Position numbers and translations under genes: made by a program. Shown here piece after piece: positions 51,806 to 63,113 of a DNA stretch of 64,000 nucleotides; the stretch's first letter is position 1; every line of letters begins with the position of its first letter. The DNA is taken from positions 320,001-384,000 of the forward strand of contig CAVZQN010000006.1 of the NCBI GenBank assembly GCA_963777505.1. Reading direction: 5' to 3'. Below the pieces are notes generated by a model. That model saw only the letters and a program-made list of their open reading frames with translations. It did not search any database and was not told the DNA's origin. Source of the DNA: an uncultured bacterium. Lineage in GTDB: Bacteria; Acidobacteriota; HRBIN11; JAKEFK01.

Positions 51806-54800
51806 TGTGATCGGCCGATCCTACAGCTCTTCTCACCGCGATTCCCACGGTGCCATTCGGAGAGCCTGAGGCATTCAGCGTCATGACTTCAATTCCATCA
51901 ATCAGAACATGAAACATTGTGCCGTCAAATCGCATCTCAGCTAGATAGATCGTATCCGGATCAATGGTTTGGCTCACAGACTTTTTCCCGACAACCTTGC
52001 CATTCACTTTATGCCGAATGGACCATTTGTCTCTTCCTTCTTTCATTTGAAGTTCAACTTTTGTCTTTTTATCCAGGAACCAACCAATGAGTGTAACGAT
52101 TCCGTTGGTTGTTTCAGATGACTTGAGGGCTGCTGTAACGGTACAGTTCGCACAACCGGCAAATACAGGTGATGCAATGCCATCAATCGATAAGCTTCCT
52201 GCGCGGAGATCCTATTAGCAAACCACCCGCTTCTGACCATGAGCCGATCAACTTAAAGACCCAGTTAGGAAGGATGCCATCCTCAAAGTTGTCGCAGTAA
52301 GTACATTCATCATCTAATATCGTAGCCGTGGCGGTGGCATCGCCCAAAGTAGCGTTGGAACTTATATTGCTCAACGTTGCCGTGAAGTTTTCATTTCCTT
52401 CTTGAAGTAAATCACCAACGATTGGGACTTCAACAAGGAAGGCAGTTGTGTTAATCGGGATTATGATTGGAATATCGGTGTCCACGTAATCGAGCAGCGC
52501 CTGCGCGCTTCCATCGTCTGTTTGGAAGTTGAGCGTAATCTGCTTCATCGATGGGAGCTGAAATAGTAATTGTAAATTCAGCCGTAGTATTTCCCGCATT
52601 CCCTTCGGCTACGGAAATATCGCTGATCGATACGATCGGAATCACGGGCGTGTCATCATCTTGAATTGTGCCGATACCTTGTCCATCTGCAATCGTACCA
52701 ACAGATGGGTTTGCTATGTTCACGAAAAATTGTTCATTCGGTTCGATGTCTGTATCGCCGTTGATGGTGATTGTGATTGTTGTTGAAGGCTGATTTGCCG
52801 GAATAAAAGCATCAACGTTGGTTGCTTGCTCATAATCATCATCGGCAACCGTGGCGGTATCATCCTGAGTGCTGAATTCAAAGTCGATATTTGCAGGATG
52901 AAGTTGAGATGTTGTTACAGTGAATTGAGCTTGCGTAGTTCCAGCATCACCTTCGAAGATGCTGACATCATTAATTGAGAGGGATGGCGCTCCTCCGGCA
53001 ACTGTAAACATTCTTGCCATGATATTCGGAGAGCGTCCACGACCGTACCATGCAACGACAAAATTGTTTTGTTCTGTCATTGCAACTGCAGGCGAAAAGT
53101 CATCATTGGCTGGTGGAGTAGCCGGAATACGAAAATCATTCCCTTGTGGATCGCCTTGACTATCAAAATACCGTCCCATCGCCTCAAACATGGTGTAGCC
53201 GGAATCTTTCCATGCGACAAAAAAGCTGCCATTTGCTGAGACATCGACCGAAGGGTTATCCTGCAATTCTTCATTTTTTTCAGTCGTTGCAAGGAACTTT
53301 TCAATACTTACGGCATCTGAATCGAATCTTTCTCCAACGATTCCGCCCGCGCCTGCTTCAAGCCAAACAACGACAAAACCTCCATCGTCTCCCATTCCAA
53401 CATTGGGTGAAAAATTTCGTTGGGCTCCTGTCTTAAATGGGCCGCATCGAAAATCAGTTGGTGTTTTTGGAGTTCCATCCGCGTTATACGGGCGGGCACG
53501 AACGCGATCCATATCTTGTGAATCATCACGCCAGACGATAACAAATTCACCATTTGGATTCGCAGCAATGTCTAAGGCCCATGGTTCGCCGGCGATTGAA
53601 GTGTTAACTGGAACATCAAGAAGATCGATTGGAAGCCCGGTGACTGCATCAAACCTTCGCATCCAAACTCCGCGTCCATCACCATCCGTTGGACCAGCCC
53701 ATGCTGCGATATATTTGCCATTGCCATACGCGACCACTCCATAAACTTGTTTTCCAATCGGATTCTCTGGAATGATGACATCGAGAAGATCCAGTTCAAT
53801 CGCACCAGCGCTAAATCTTCTACCAAAAACTCCCCAACCTTGCCCATCTCTTTCCGATTCTTCTGCCCACACTCCCATAAAGTCACCATTGCTACGCACT
53901 GCGAGCATGGAAGTATTCTGCGGGTTAGGTCCGAATACATTCAACTGAAATTCGGCGCCACCGGGAGTTCCATCGGAATTGAATTCACGACCCATAACAT
54001 TTTCGGCGCCGTTTAGATTGGGATCAGTTGTCCACGAAAAAACCATGTTGGCCGATGAGTCTACTTGAACAGACGGACCAAATTGCGAACCTTGATCTTG
54101 CTGATTGATATCAATGTTGTCGCTTGCTGTTATATTCGGCGGCAAATCTACCGGTGTTGCGCTAACCTTTGCAGGCGTCGAATCTTCGAGACTGAAAAAC
54201 GTTCCTGAATCCGCATCATAAAACTTTAATGAATCCTGACTCCAATGAAACGTTGATGAATCAATCTTTTTGCCGCGATAATTTTTCCGGCCGGTATAAA
54301 TTGATTCTTCTGAACGTAAAGTGTTTAAGTTAAATTTTTCGAGTTTATTTCGATCTGTGTATTGAATGATCGCGAAATCTTCCTGAGAATCAAACGCAAT
54401 TCTTCCTGGACGCCCTTCAAAATTAACAAAACCTTTGAAGGAAAGATCGTCTAGATCAAGGGATGCAACAAAACTTTGGGAACGTACCAAAAGTTTCCGC
54501 CATTTATTGCTGAAATGAATTGCAACCGGAGTTCTGTATATATCGGACGATGAGACGCGTTCTTTACCATTCTTGATAGCCGAAACTCTGCCATTCATGT
54601 AACCAACATAGAACTCATCTCTCGTTGGGTTGTATGCAAAGCAAGCTGGCTGATGATTCAAAGGAATCGCCGTTATTTCGGAAAATGTTATTGCATCGAA
54701 GACACGGATGCTTTTTGAGGATACATCTAGAAAATAAAGGATGGATCCACTGGCATTCGTTTCGATTTGCTTAATCTTTCCGCTCAGTTCAATGGAGTTC

Positions 54801-55045
54801 TTAAGAGTACGAGATGAATTTTCATAAATGTCCAGCACTGTGCCATTTGAACGGAGGACGTAAGTCAGTGATCTGTCAGGGTTGATTTTGGAATCTAAGG
54901 GCCCATCCGGGATCCGCAGTTTTACTGCCTTCCCTTCGTGGGATGTGATAACTAGCTCTTTTTGTTTCTGGTCCCATAAGTGGCTACCAGCCAGAGCATT
55001 CAAAGTTAAAAAGTGAAACACTATACACAGGGCAAAACGGCTCAA
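51789..55045 (-). CDS. Secreted surface protein B: YVTN-like propeller, P-x-V...VV-W repeat region, two Calx-beta domains, shared C-terminal domain (+1 frameshifts near 52553 and 52203)
   Basis: TTG 55045 with AGGAGG RBS; ORFs 52451-55096, 52183-52599 and the frame of 51789-52046 join; SINDVSIFEGDAG and SISDISVAEGNAG Calx-beta starts. Confidence 0.8.
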
Positions 55046-55106
55046 AGTCCACCTCCTCCTGCCTGAGTTTATACTCGAGATCGCCGAGAAAAGCAATTAA
55101 AAGCAG

Positions 55107-55132
55107 CAGGGACGGGCCTTAGCCCGCCCCTG
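55107..55132 (-). terminator. GC-rich hairpin between the two paralogs, possible terminator
   Basis: cagggacgggc-ctta-gcccgcccctg, followed on the minus strand by ctgctttt. Confidence 0.45.
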
Positions 55133-55139
55133 GATTCGA

Positions 55140-58071
55140 TTATGGCGAGACTGTAATGTGATTCACCGAGCCTGTTGCTCTTCTTACTGCAATACCAACA
55201 GTTCCATCTGGCACTCCGGCAGCATCCATTGTGAGAACTTCTACATCATCAATAAGAAGGTGGAACTCCGTGCCATCAAAAACGATCTCAGCTTCATACG
55301 TAGTGTTTGGATCAATCGTTTGACTGACGGACTTTTTCGCAACAGTGTTGCCATTTCTTTTTTGTTTTAAGGTCCATCGGTCTCTTCCTTCCTTCATTTG
55401 AAGTTCGACTCTATCCTTTTTACTCTGATTCCATCCGATCAGCGTAACGAATCCTCTGTTTGTGGCAGAAGACCTTAACGCTGCAGCGACTGAACAGGTT
55501 GAGCAACCTGTAAATACGGGTGTAGCAAGCCCATCAATTTTTGCATTTCCGGTAGCATCACCAATGAGAAAGCCGCCATTTTCAGACCACGACGACGGAG
55601 ATTTAAAATCCCAATTCGGAAGAGTGCCATCATTAAAGTTGTCCGAATAAAGCGTACCGCCTCCACCGCCATCATCATCCTGAATTGTGCCTGCTCCTGT
55701 CCCATCATCAATTGTTGCATTAGTTGCATTAGTTAAATTGACAGAAAAAGCTTCATTTGATTCTGAGTCCGTATCGCCATTTACGGTGATGGTAATTGTT
55801 CTGGATGGCGCGTTCGCCGGAATCGTCAAAGTGCCAGAAGCTTGTTCGTAGTCATTGTTTCCTGTCGTTGCTGTTCCATTCTGAGTTGCAAAGTTGACTG
55901 TCACTTCCGAGCTTGTGGTGGCTGAAAGCGATACTGTGAATACGAACTGTTTCGTTCCAGAATTCCCTTCGTTAGCAGTGACATTGTTGATTGACATTGA
56001 CGGTGTTGCCACCACCACCACCGCCGACAGTGAACATTCGGGCCCCAATGTTCGGGCTGCGCCCACGGCCATACCATGAAATAACAAAATTATTTTGGTG
56101 CGTCATTGCAACTGCAGGTGAAAAATCATCATTTACCGGGGCAGTCTTAGGAATACGAAAATCTCCACCCGCTGGATTTCCCTGACTATTGAAGTAGCGA
56201 GCCATAGCTTCAAATTGTGGATAACCTGAGTCCTTCCATGCAACAACAAAACTGCCGTTGGCGCTTACATCAACTGCAGGATTATCTTGAAGCTCATTAT
56301 TTGATTCAGTTGTTGCTTTAAATTTTTCAATGCTTTGAGAATTTGAATTAAAACGTTCGCCTACGATCCCGCCTGCACCCGCTTCCAACCAAACGACAAC
56401 AAAATTTCCATTATCTGCGATCCCTACATTTGGTGAAAAATTTCTTTGTGCATTGGGATTGAAAGGGCCGCAACGGATATCGGATCCAGTTTTTGGATTA
56501 CCATTTGCATTGTATGCGCGCGCGCGGACACGATCCATGTCATTTGAATCATCGCGCCAAACAATAACGAACTCTCCATTTGGATTTGCAGCGATATCCA
56601 ATGCCCAGGGTTCACCGGCTGTTGATGTGTTTACCGCAACATCATTTGCATCTAGTGCTGCGCCTGTTCCTGCATTGAACCGTCGCATCCATACACCGCG
56701 TCCATCACCATCAGTCGGTCCGGCCCACGCAACAATGTAAATGCCGTTACCAAAAGCGATAACCGGATAGATCTGTTTTCCAATTGGATTATCTGGAATG
56801 ATTCGATCGTTCGCGTCCAGCTGAACGCCACCTGCACCAAATCGACGTCCAAACACTCCCCATCCCTGGCCATCACGCTCCGATTGTTCATTCCAGACAG
56901 CCATGAAGTCACCGTTATTCCGCACCGCTATACTCGACGAATTCTGCGGAAAGGCACTCGTTTTATTGAGTTGAAATTCTGGGCCATCAGGATTTCCATT
57001 TGCACCGAATTCACGTCCCTTAATATCTTCTTCACCGTTTTGATTTGGATCAGTAGTCCAGGAAAAGACCATATTGTCTGCTGAATCCAACTGAACCGAA
57101 GGACTATATTGAGGTCCTTGATCAGCTGAATTGATATCAATGTTATTGCTGGCGTTTACTCCAGGGGGCAAATCGGTTGGAGTTACGGCAAGTGCTGCAG
57201 GTGTAGCTTCATCAAATTTGAAAACTGCACCAGATTCCGCGTCATAGAATCCAAGTGAGTCCTGGTTCCAATGAAAAGTCGATGGATCGACTTCCTTGCC
57301 GCGGAAATTTTTTCTTCTTGGATAAAATTCATTTTCCGAACGAAGAGTGCTCAGATTGAATTGTTCAATTTTGGCGCGATCAGAGTATTGAATGATTGCG
57401 AAATCTTCCTGAGCATCGATTTCTATTCTTCCAGGTCGCCCTTCGAATCGCAAAAATCCCTGGAAGGCAAGATTGTCTGCATCATATGCAGCAACATAGG
57501 ATTCAGTGCGTACAAGTATTTTGCGCCACTTATTTGTGAAATGAATTGAAATCGGAGCTCTGTATAGATCCGATACTACACTCCGCTCCTTTCCATCTTT
57601 GATTGCTGAAAAAGTTGCATTCGTGAATCCAACATAAAACTCGTCTCTCGCAGAGTTGTAAGAAAAACAAGCCGGGGTTTCCTTTAATTGGATCGCTGAT
57701 TCTTCGGATAATGTCAGTGTGTCGAAAACCCGGATACTCTTGGAAGATGCATCCAGTAAATACAAACTGGAACCACTTTTGTTGGTTTCGATTTGCTTAA
57801 TAAAGCCATTTACAGTGATTGACTTTTGAAGAATGCCCGATGAATTTTCATAAAGATCCAGGATCCCACCGCTCGAACGGATTACGTAAGTCGTGGATCT
57901 ATCAGGGCTGATTTTTGATGCTAATGGCGTGTCTGACGTTCGAAGTTTAACGACCTTTCCATCCTGCGCAGTGATGACAAGCTCTTTTTGATTTTCGATC
58001 CATAGGTGCGAAGCAGCCAGAGCATTTATTGTGAAAAACAAAAACAAAATGCAAAAGGCAAAACGGCTCAA
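55140..58071 (-). CDS. Secreted surface protein A, paralog of B with one Calx-beta domain and the shared C-terminal domain (+1 frameshift near 56006)
   Basis: ORFs 55972-58071 and 55140-56087 join at GGGG/TPSMSINNVTANEGNSG; long identical blocks with B (WAGPTDGDGRGVWMRRF, SERDGQGWGVFGRRF). Confidence 0.82.
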
Positions 58072-58184
58072 AATCCACCTCCAAGTCCCGTGTTGATTTC
58101 GATCTCCGATCGGAAAAGCACTTACAAAACTTAACTGTTCACCCGTTTAGTCGTGGCAGGAAGTAATGCTGGGAGCAGTGCAAA

Positions 58185-60771
58185 TCATTCTAATTTCCCA
58201 AAGACCAGAAACCAGATTAGCAGACCCATCACTGTAAAAGCAATGGCCAGCCGGAAATACGGGACTTCAAACGAAAACTGTATGCCGTGACTGCCGGCTG
58301 GAACGCGTATGGCTTGAAATGCGTAGTTGGCCCTGAGTATTGGAGCTTTTTTACCATCTAAGAAGGCGTGCCAACCCGGATTGTAATTTTCGGCAAATAC
58401 CAAAAGAGTGTCGTTGGACGTTTTAACTGTTGCCGTCATCGTAGAGGATGTTTTGTCAGTCATGATCAATGATGCATGAATTTCGTTTGCGAAAAAACCG
58501 GGATTCTCTTCTAGAACTGTGTAAGCATTCGGATTAAATTCGGAGCTTCTAATATGCTCTAACGCTTTCGCAGAATCCTGGATGACAACGATTTTGCTGG
58601 AAAGATAAGCCAATGGCACAGCATTTCTGTTTTCAAATATTGTCAGACCTTTTGATGAATGCACGACTGGATATTTTTCGGAAGTGGCTCCGGGAGCTGC
58701 AAGAATGTAACGGATTGCTTGCATGTCGATCCACCCTCCGCTCCAAACATCGAGACTTTCCGCGGGCTTGACGTAATGCAGAATATCATTTGGCCGTCCG
58801 CGATGAAGCCGGAAATATCTGGATGGATAAAAACCAAGATACCCTGAGGATGTTGGAATCGTGTAATGAAGAAGAGAATCTGGTCTTGCGACAAACTCGA
58901 AGGAATTGAAATCGAAGAAGCGTACTCCGCGCGTGTAGTAATCATCCAGGGAACTATAGTTTTTCAGCGGAACATCAAGAAATTCTTTTAGCTTTTGAAC
59001 TTCCATGACCCGAGACTCTTTTGTTTTTTGAGCAAGAAATTCTAATGATTCAATTCCTTTTGGCTCAAATGCTACTGACGGGGTGAAATAAATTGGAGGA
59101 TCGGTTCGTCCGTGATAAAGCAAATCAACAAAAGTGAGCCCCACGATCAGCGACATACAAATTGGCGCAGCGATTTTCCCGCGAGCAAGTAGGATCAAGA
59201 GAATTGCGGCAGTCAAACACACGAGGGTTGGAATCACAAAAACTTTTGCTGTTTCTGCAAACATGGATGGCAGAGTTGCAAATGCTTCCGAATAAAAAGA
59301 TTCAGCATTCTGGTTCCAGGGAAACGATTTTTGTTGCGCAGAGTAATAGTTCCGTACGCTATTCTGAAGAGTGGTTCCCATGAGTCCAGCTGTCGTAAGA
59401 AAAATAAACCCGAACGCAAATACTATCGTTGTGATTTTGAGCAATGAAATTGCACTATTGCGGTGTACTAACGTTTGAAGAGCATTCAACCCAAATGCGG
59501 CAAGTATGCTAAATGCAAAAACGCATAGAACCAACAATCTCGAATGATCCAGCGTTCTTGCTCCGCTCCAAAAAAAACTAACAATTTTGTTAAAGAGATC
59601 GAAATTCAAAAGTGTCAAAAACAACAAAGGGAACACTGCTAGCAACCAAAAAAAGCGAATTCGGTGATCACTCCAAAGTCTTAGTGAAAGCAATGCAAAC
59701 AGAAAAGGAAGTAATCCGACATAAGCAAGAATCCGGTTGTAGACCGAACCTGGTTGACCGAAAACCAGCCGCTCCCAGATTCCATCTTTCATTTCCAGCG
59801 GCGGCTTTAAAAGAAGCTTACTCAAAACATTGTTTTCTGTTTCTCCATACAAATTTGGAATGAGCAGCGTTGGAAGCTTGCGTGGTGATAAGAAGTTTCT
59901 TCCCGCGTACATTTCAGCTGTTTCATTTGTACCGCGCGGGCTGTTCCTCAATCCTGAAGCCACGCTGAACAATTCAGGACTTGCAACAAGCATAGAAATA
60001 ATCAACGCACTGGAAAAATAGATTCCGAGTCGCATGCGGTTTTCTAGTTTCCAGAGCTGAAACAAAGCGTATGCTGCAAAAGCAGCTAGATTGTAAATCC
60101 ATAGTTGAGGATGATCGCCTAGAAATTGCGCAGTCAATGCAAACACAAGTAGATGAAATCCAAAACGTTTTCCACTGCGCGAATTGATGTACGGAAAAAA
60201 GTATGAGTGGTAACCAGCATAAGGTTCCGTTATAACTGACAGTTCCAAACCATCGCATAAAATGGCTGTTCCACATAAATGCGATGCCTGCAAGCAAACT
60301 GGCCGTGCGGCTCAATCCCAACGATTCGCAAAAAAGGGACATGAACCATCCGGCAAGAATGAATTGAAGGATGATCACAAGCGCATGCCCGGTTCCTTCT
60401 GGTAACAAATAGAAAATTGGCGTCAAGACATCGAACACCGCCACCTGTGTTCCAACAAGCTGCGTGCCTGAAAAAATGTTCGGCGTCCAGAATGGAAATT
60501 CACCGCTGCGAACTATATTCCGAACTTCCTTTCTTAATGGGAATATCGATAGAGCTGCATCAATATTGTGATAATGTTTCGCGGGATTGAATTCATGTGC
60601 ATAACTCCCTGAGTCATATGATTTCCAGGGATAGTTTTGATACAGCGGATTCGCGTCAATCGGTATTTTTCCGGTGAAAAAGAAAGGGGAAAAGAAAATC
60701 AGATTCAGCAAACAGAAAAAAAAGAGCGGGAACAACCGGGAGGAAACAAATTTAGGAATTGCAGCTTGCAC
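58185..60771 (-). CDS. YfhO-family GT-C membrane protein (+1 frameshift near 60180)
   Basis: ORFs 59974-60771 and 58185-60293 join: PFWTPNIFSG, FLGDHPQ, AYVG, C-terminal FAENYNPGW.A.LDG...ANYAFQAI.VPAG.H. Confidence 0.8.
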
Positions 60772-60839
60772 AAATATCGTTATTCTTATTTATCGTTTTG
60801 TAGAACTCGGTAAATTATAGCCGTAAATTCTAAAGAGAT

Positions 60840-60945
60840 AGAAGATAGAGAATTGAGGATAGAAAGAGGAAGATTGGGTATAGTATGACATTGGTCAGGT
60901 CATGAGGCAGATTTTCTATTCTCTATCATCAATTCTCTATCCTCT
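60840..60945. repeat. GAGGATA-type heptamer inverted repeat straddling the start codon at 60902
   Basis: agaagatagagaattgaggatagaa versus ctctatcatcaattctctatcctct, 22/25 complementary. Confidence 0.7.
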
Positions 60946-62300
60946 CTTAATTCTGTCGCTTGCTTTTACAGCTTGCCAAAATAAGCAGGAAAAATCGAAC
61001 CTGGTTTTGGTAACAATCGATACGCTTCGGGCGGATCATCTTGGAATCTACGGATATAAACGACCGACTTCTCCAAATCTTGATAGGCTGGCCAAAGAAG
61101 GGATCTGGTTTAGTAATTGTTATTCACAGTCTGCTACGACTGGCGCCTCCCATGTGTCGCTCTTCACCTCGCGCTATCCACAGAGTCATGGTGTTCTTGC
61201 CAACCGTGAAAAATTTCCTGATTTTGCTTCGATGATGGATAGCTTTCGAACTGCAGGTTATTCGACAGCAGGCTTCGTTTCAAGCGCAGTATTAGCCGGA
61301 GACTTTGGAATCAAAAAGGAGTTTGATCATTTTGATGAAACTTTAACTCGAGCAGAAAAAAATCGCGTTAATCGCTATGAACGGACTGCAAAGGACACTT
61401 TGTCGGCAGTCGAAAAATGGATTCAAACAAGCAAAGGTCCATTTTTTGTTTGGATTCATTTGATCGATCCTCATGGGCCATACCAGGCCCCCGAAAACGC
61501 GGATTACTTTGTCTCCGATACGTTGTCACAAACCGAGAGTCCGATACTTGAATTTGCCGCTTCGAACTGGGAGTTCAATAAAATTCCTTTATACCAAAGG
61601 TTGGACAATAAAAAGGAAGCTGCTTACTACATCGCCCGATATGATGCCGAAATCCGGTATACCGATGAAGCACTGGGAACATTTTTTAATTTTCTAAAGA
61701 ATTCGAAAGTCTACGAAAATACTGCCATTGTTATAACCGCCGATCATGGCGAAACAATGGCTGAGCCAAATCATCTAAGACATTTTTCGCACAGCACAAT
61801 TGCGTACGAAGAAGTCGTCCGCGTTCCAATGATCCTGAAGGGTTCAAATTCGGTAGATTTTAAAAAGTTGGATTCTTCAAAAACAATTCGATTAATGGAC
61901 ATTTTCCCTACGCTGTGTTCACTGTTCGGATTGAAGAAACCCGAAAGTTTACAAGGTATTGATCTCCAAAATACAGATAACAAAAATGATTCGATCTTTT
62001 CATTTGGAGCATACGGCACAGAGTTTTTGGAGAAGAAAATAGGAACACAATTTACCGTATTAAATGGCGACCTTTCGATATGTAGTCAGAACTGATAATT
62101 CGGCCGAGGAATTATATGATCACAAGAATGATCCTGCCGAGGGAGTTAATGTCGCAGCGGATCATCCGGAAAAGATGGCTGAATTCCGGAAGGAGCTGAA
62201 GACATTTTTCGAAAAAGTGCCTAAGGCTGAAGGTCAATCGATGCACATCAATGAGGAACAGGCTGAAAAGTTAAAAGCTCTTGGTTATACTCAGCAGTGA
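60902..62300 (+). CDS. Sulfatase-like protein 4, probable lipoprotein (+1 frameshift near 62071)
   Basis: Lipobox-like FTAC; VTIDTLRADHL, TTGASHVS, HLIDPHGPY, YDAEI, ADHGE; second ORF EELYD..DPAE, ends LKALGYTQQ. Confidence 0.82.
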
Positions 62301-62306
62301 AACTGA

Positions 62307-63074
62307 ATGATTCACGGTAAACGAATTGTCGTTGTAATGCCCGCGTATAACGCTTCGAAAACCCTCGAACTCACCTATTCTGAAGTCCCTTTCGATATTG
62401 TTGATGAAGTCATTCTTGTGGATGACGAATCGAAGGATGAGACTGTAGAAGTTGCCCGGCGTCTGGGAATCACAAAAGTAATTCGTCATGAAAAAAATAA
62501 AGGTTATGGCGGAAATCAAAAGACATGTTACAAGGAAGCTCTTCGTTCAGGCGCCGATGTGATTGTAATGCTTCATCCGGATTATCAGTACACTCCTTTG
62601 TTAATTGAAGCGCTTGCTTTTCCTGTTGCTAAAGGAGTGTTTCAATCGATGCTCGGTTCGCGGATTCTGGGAAAAGGTGCTCTCTACGGCGGTATGCCAT
62701 TGTACAAGTACATTTCCAACAGGATCCTGACTCTGATTCAAAACATTTTTTTGAATCACAAGCTTGCTGAGTATCACACTGGCTATCGGGCTTTTGACAG
62801 GGCAGTGCTTGAACGCCTTCCATTGGAAGAGAATTCGGATGACTTTATTTTCGACAATGAAATGCTCGCGCAGATCATTTTTCAAGGTTATGAGATCGGC
62901 GAGGTTACATGTCCAACGAAGTATTTTGAAGAAGCGAGTACAATAAACTTTGTGCGCAGCGTTCGATATGGTCTTGGAGTATTGCGCGTTTCGATTTGTT
63001 TCCGATTGCAAAAATGGGGACTTGGAAGGTACAAGATATTTGACTTTGAATCCGGTAAGAAGCTTCAGCTTTAA
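62307..63074 (+). CDS. GT2 glycosyltransferase
   Basis: VMPAYNA, VDDES.D, GYGGNQK, LHPDYQY, GSR, YHTGYRA. Confidence 0.9.
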   Translation: MIHGKRIVVVMPAYNASKTLELTYSEVPFDIVDEVILVDDESKDETVEVARRLGITKVIRHEKNKGYGGNQKTCYKEALRSGADVIVMLHPDYQYTPLLIEALAFPVAKGVFQSMLGSRILGKGALYGGMPLYKYISNRILTLIQNIFLNHKLAEYHTGYRAFDRAVLERLPLEENSDDFIFDNEMLAQIIFQGYEIGEVTCPTKYFEEASTINFVRSVRYGLGVLRVSICFRLQKWGLGRYKIFDFESGKKLQL

Positions 63075-63113
63075 GCGGAATATTCGTATCCGGCGGTTTG
63101 AGGAAGTCAAAGT

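Noticed and set aside
52043-52240. 65-aa minus-strand ORF as part of protein B
   Set aside because: Wrong frame; the homologous sequence (IDGIASPVFAGCANC...) runs in the frame of 51789-52046.
55046-58130. Sigma54 promoters upstream of the two paralogs (shared TAA(T/G)TGCTTTTC)
   Set aside because: No correctly spaced -24 GG element; the similarity is explained by the duplication.
48010-62300. Programmed frameshifting or phase variation in island genes
   Set aside because: No slippery heptamers or long homopolymer/SSR tracts, and all shifts are +1; error is more parsimonious pending read inspection.
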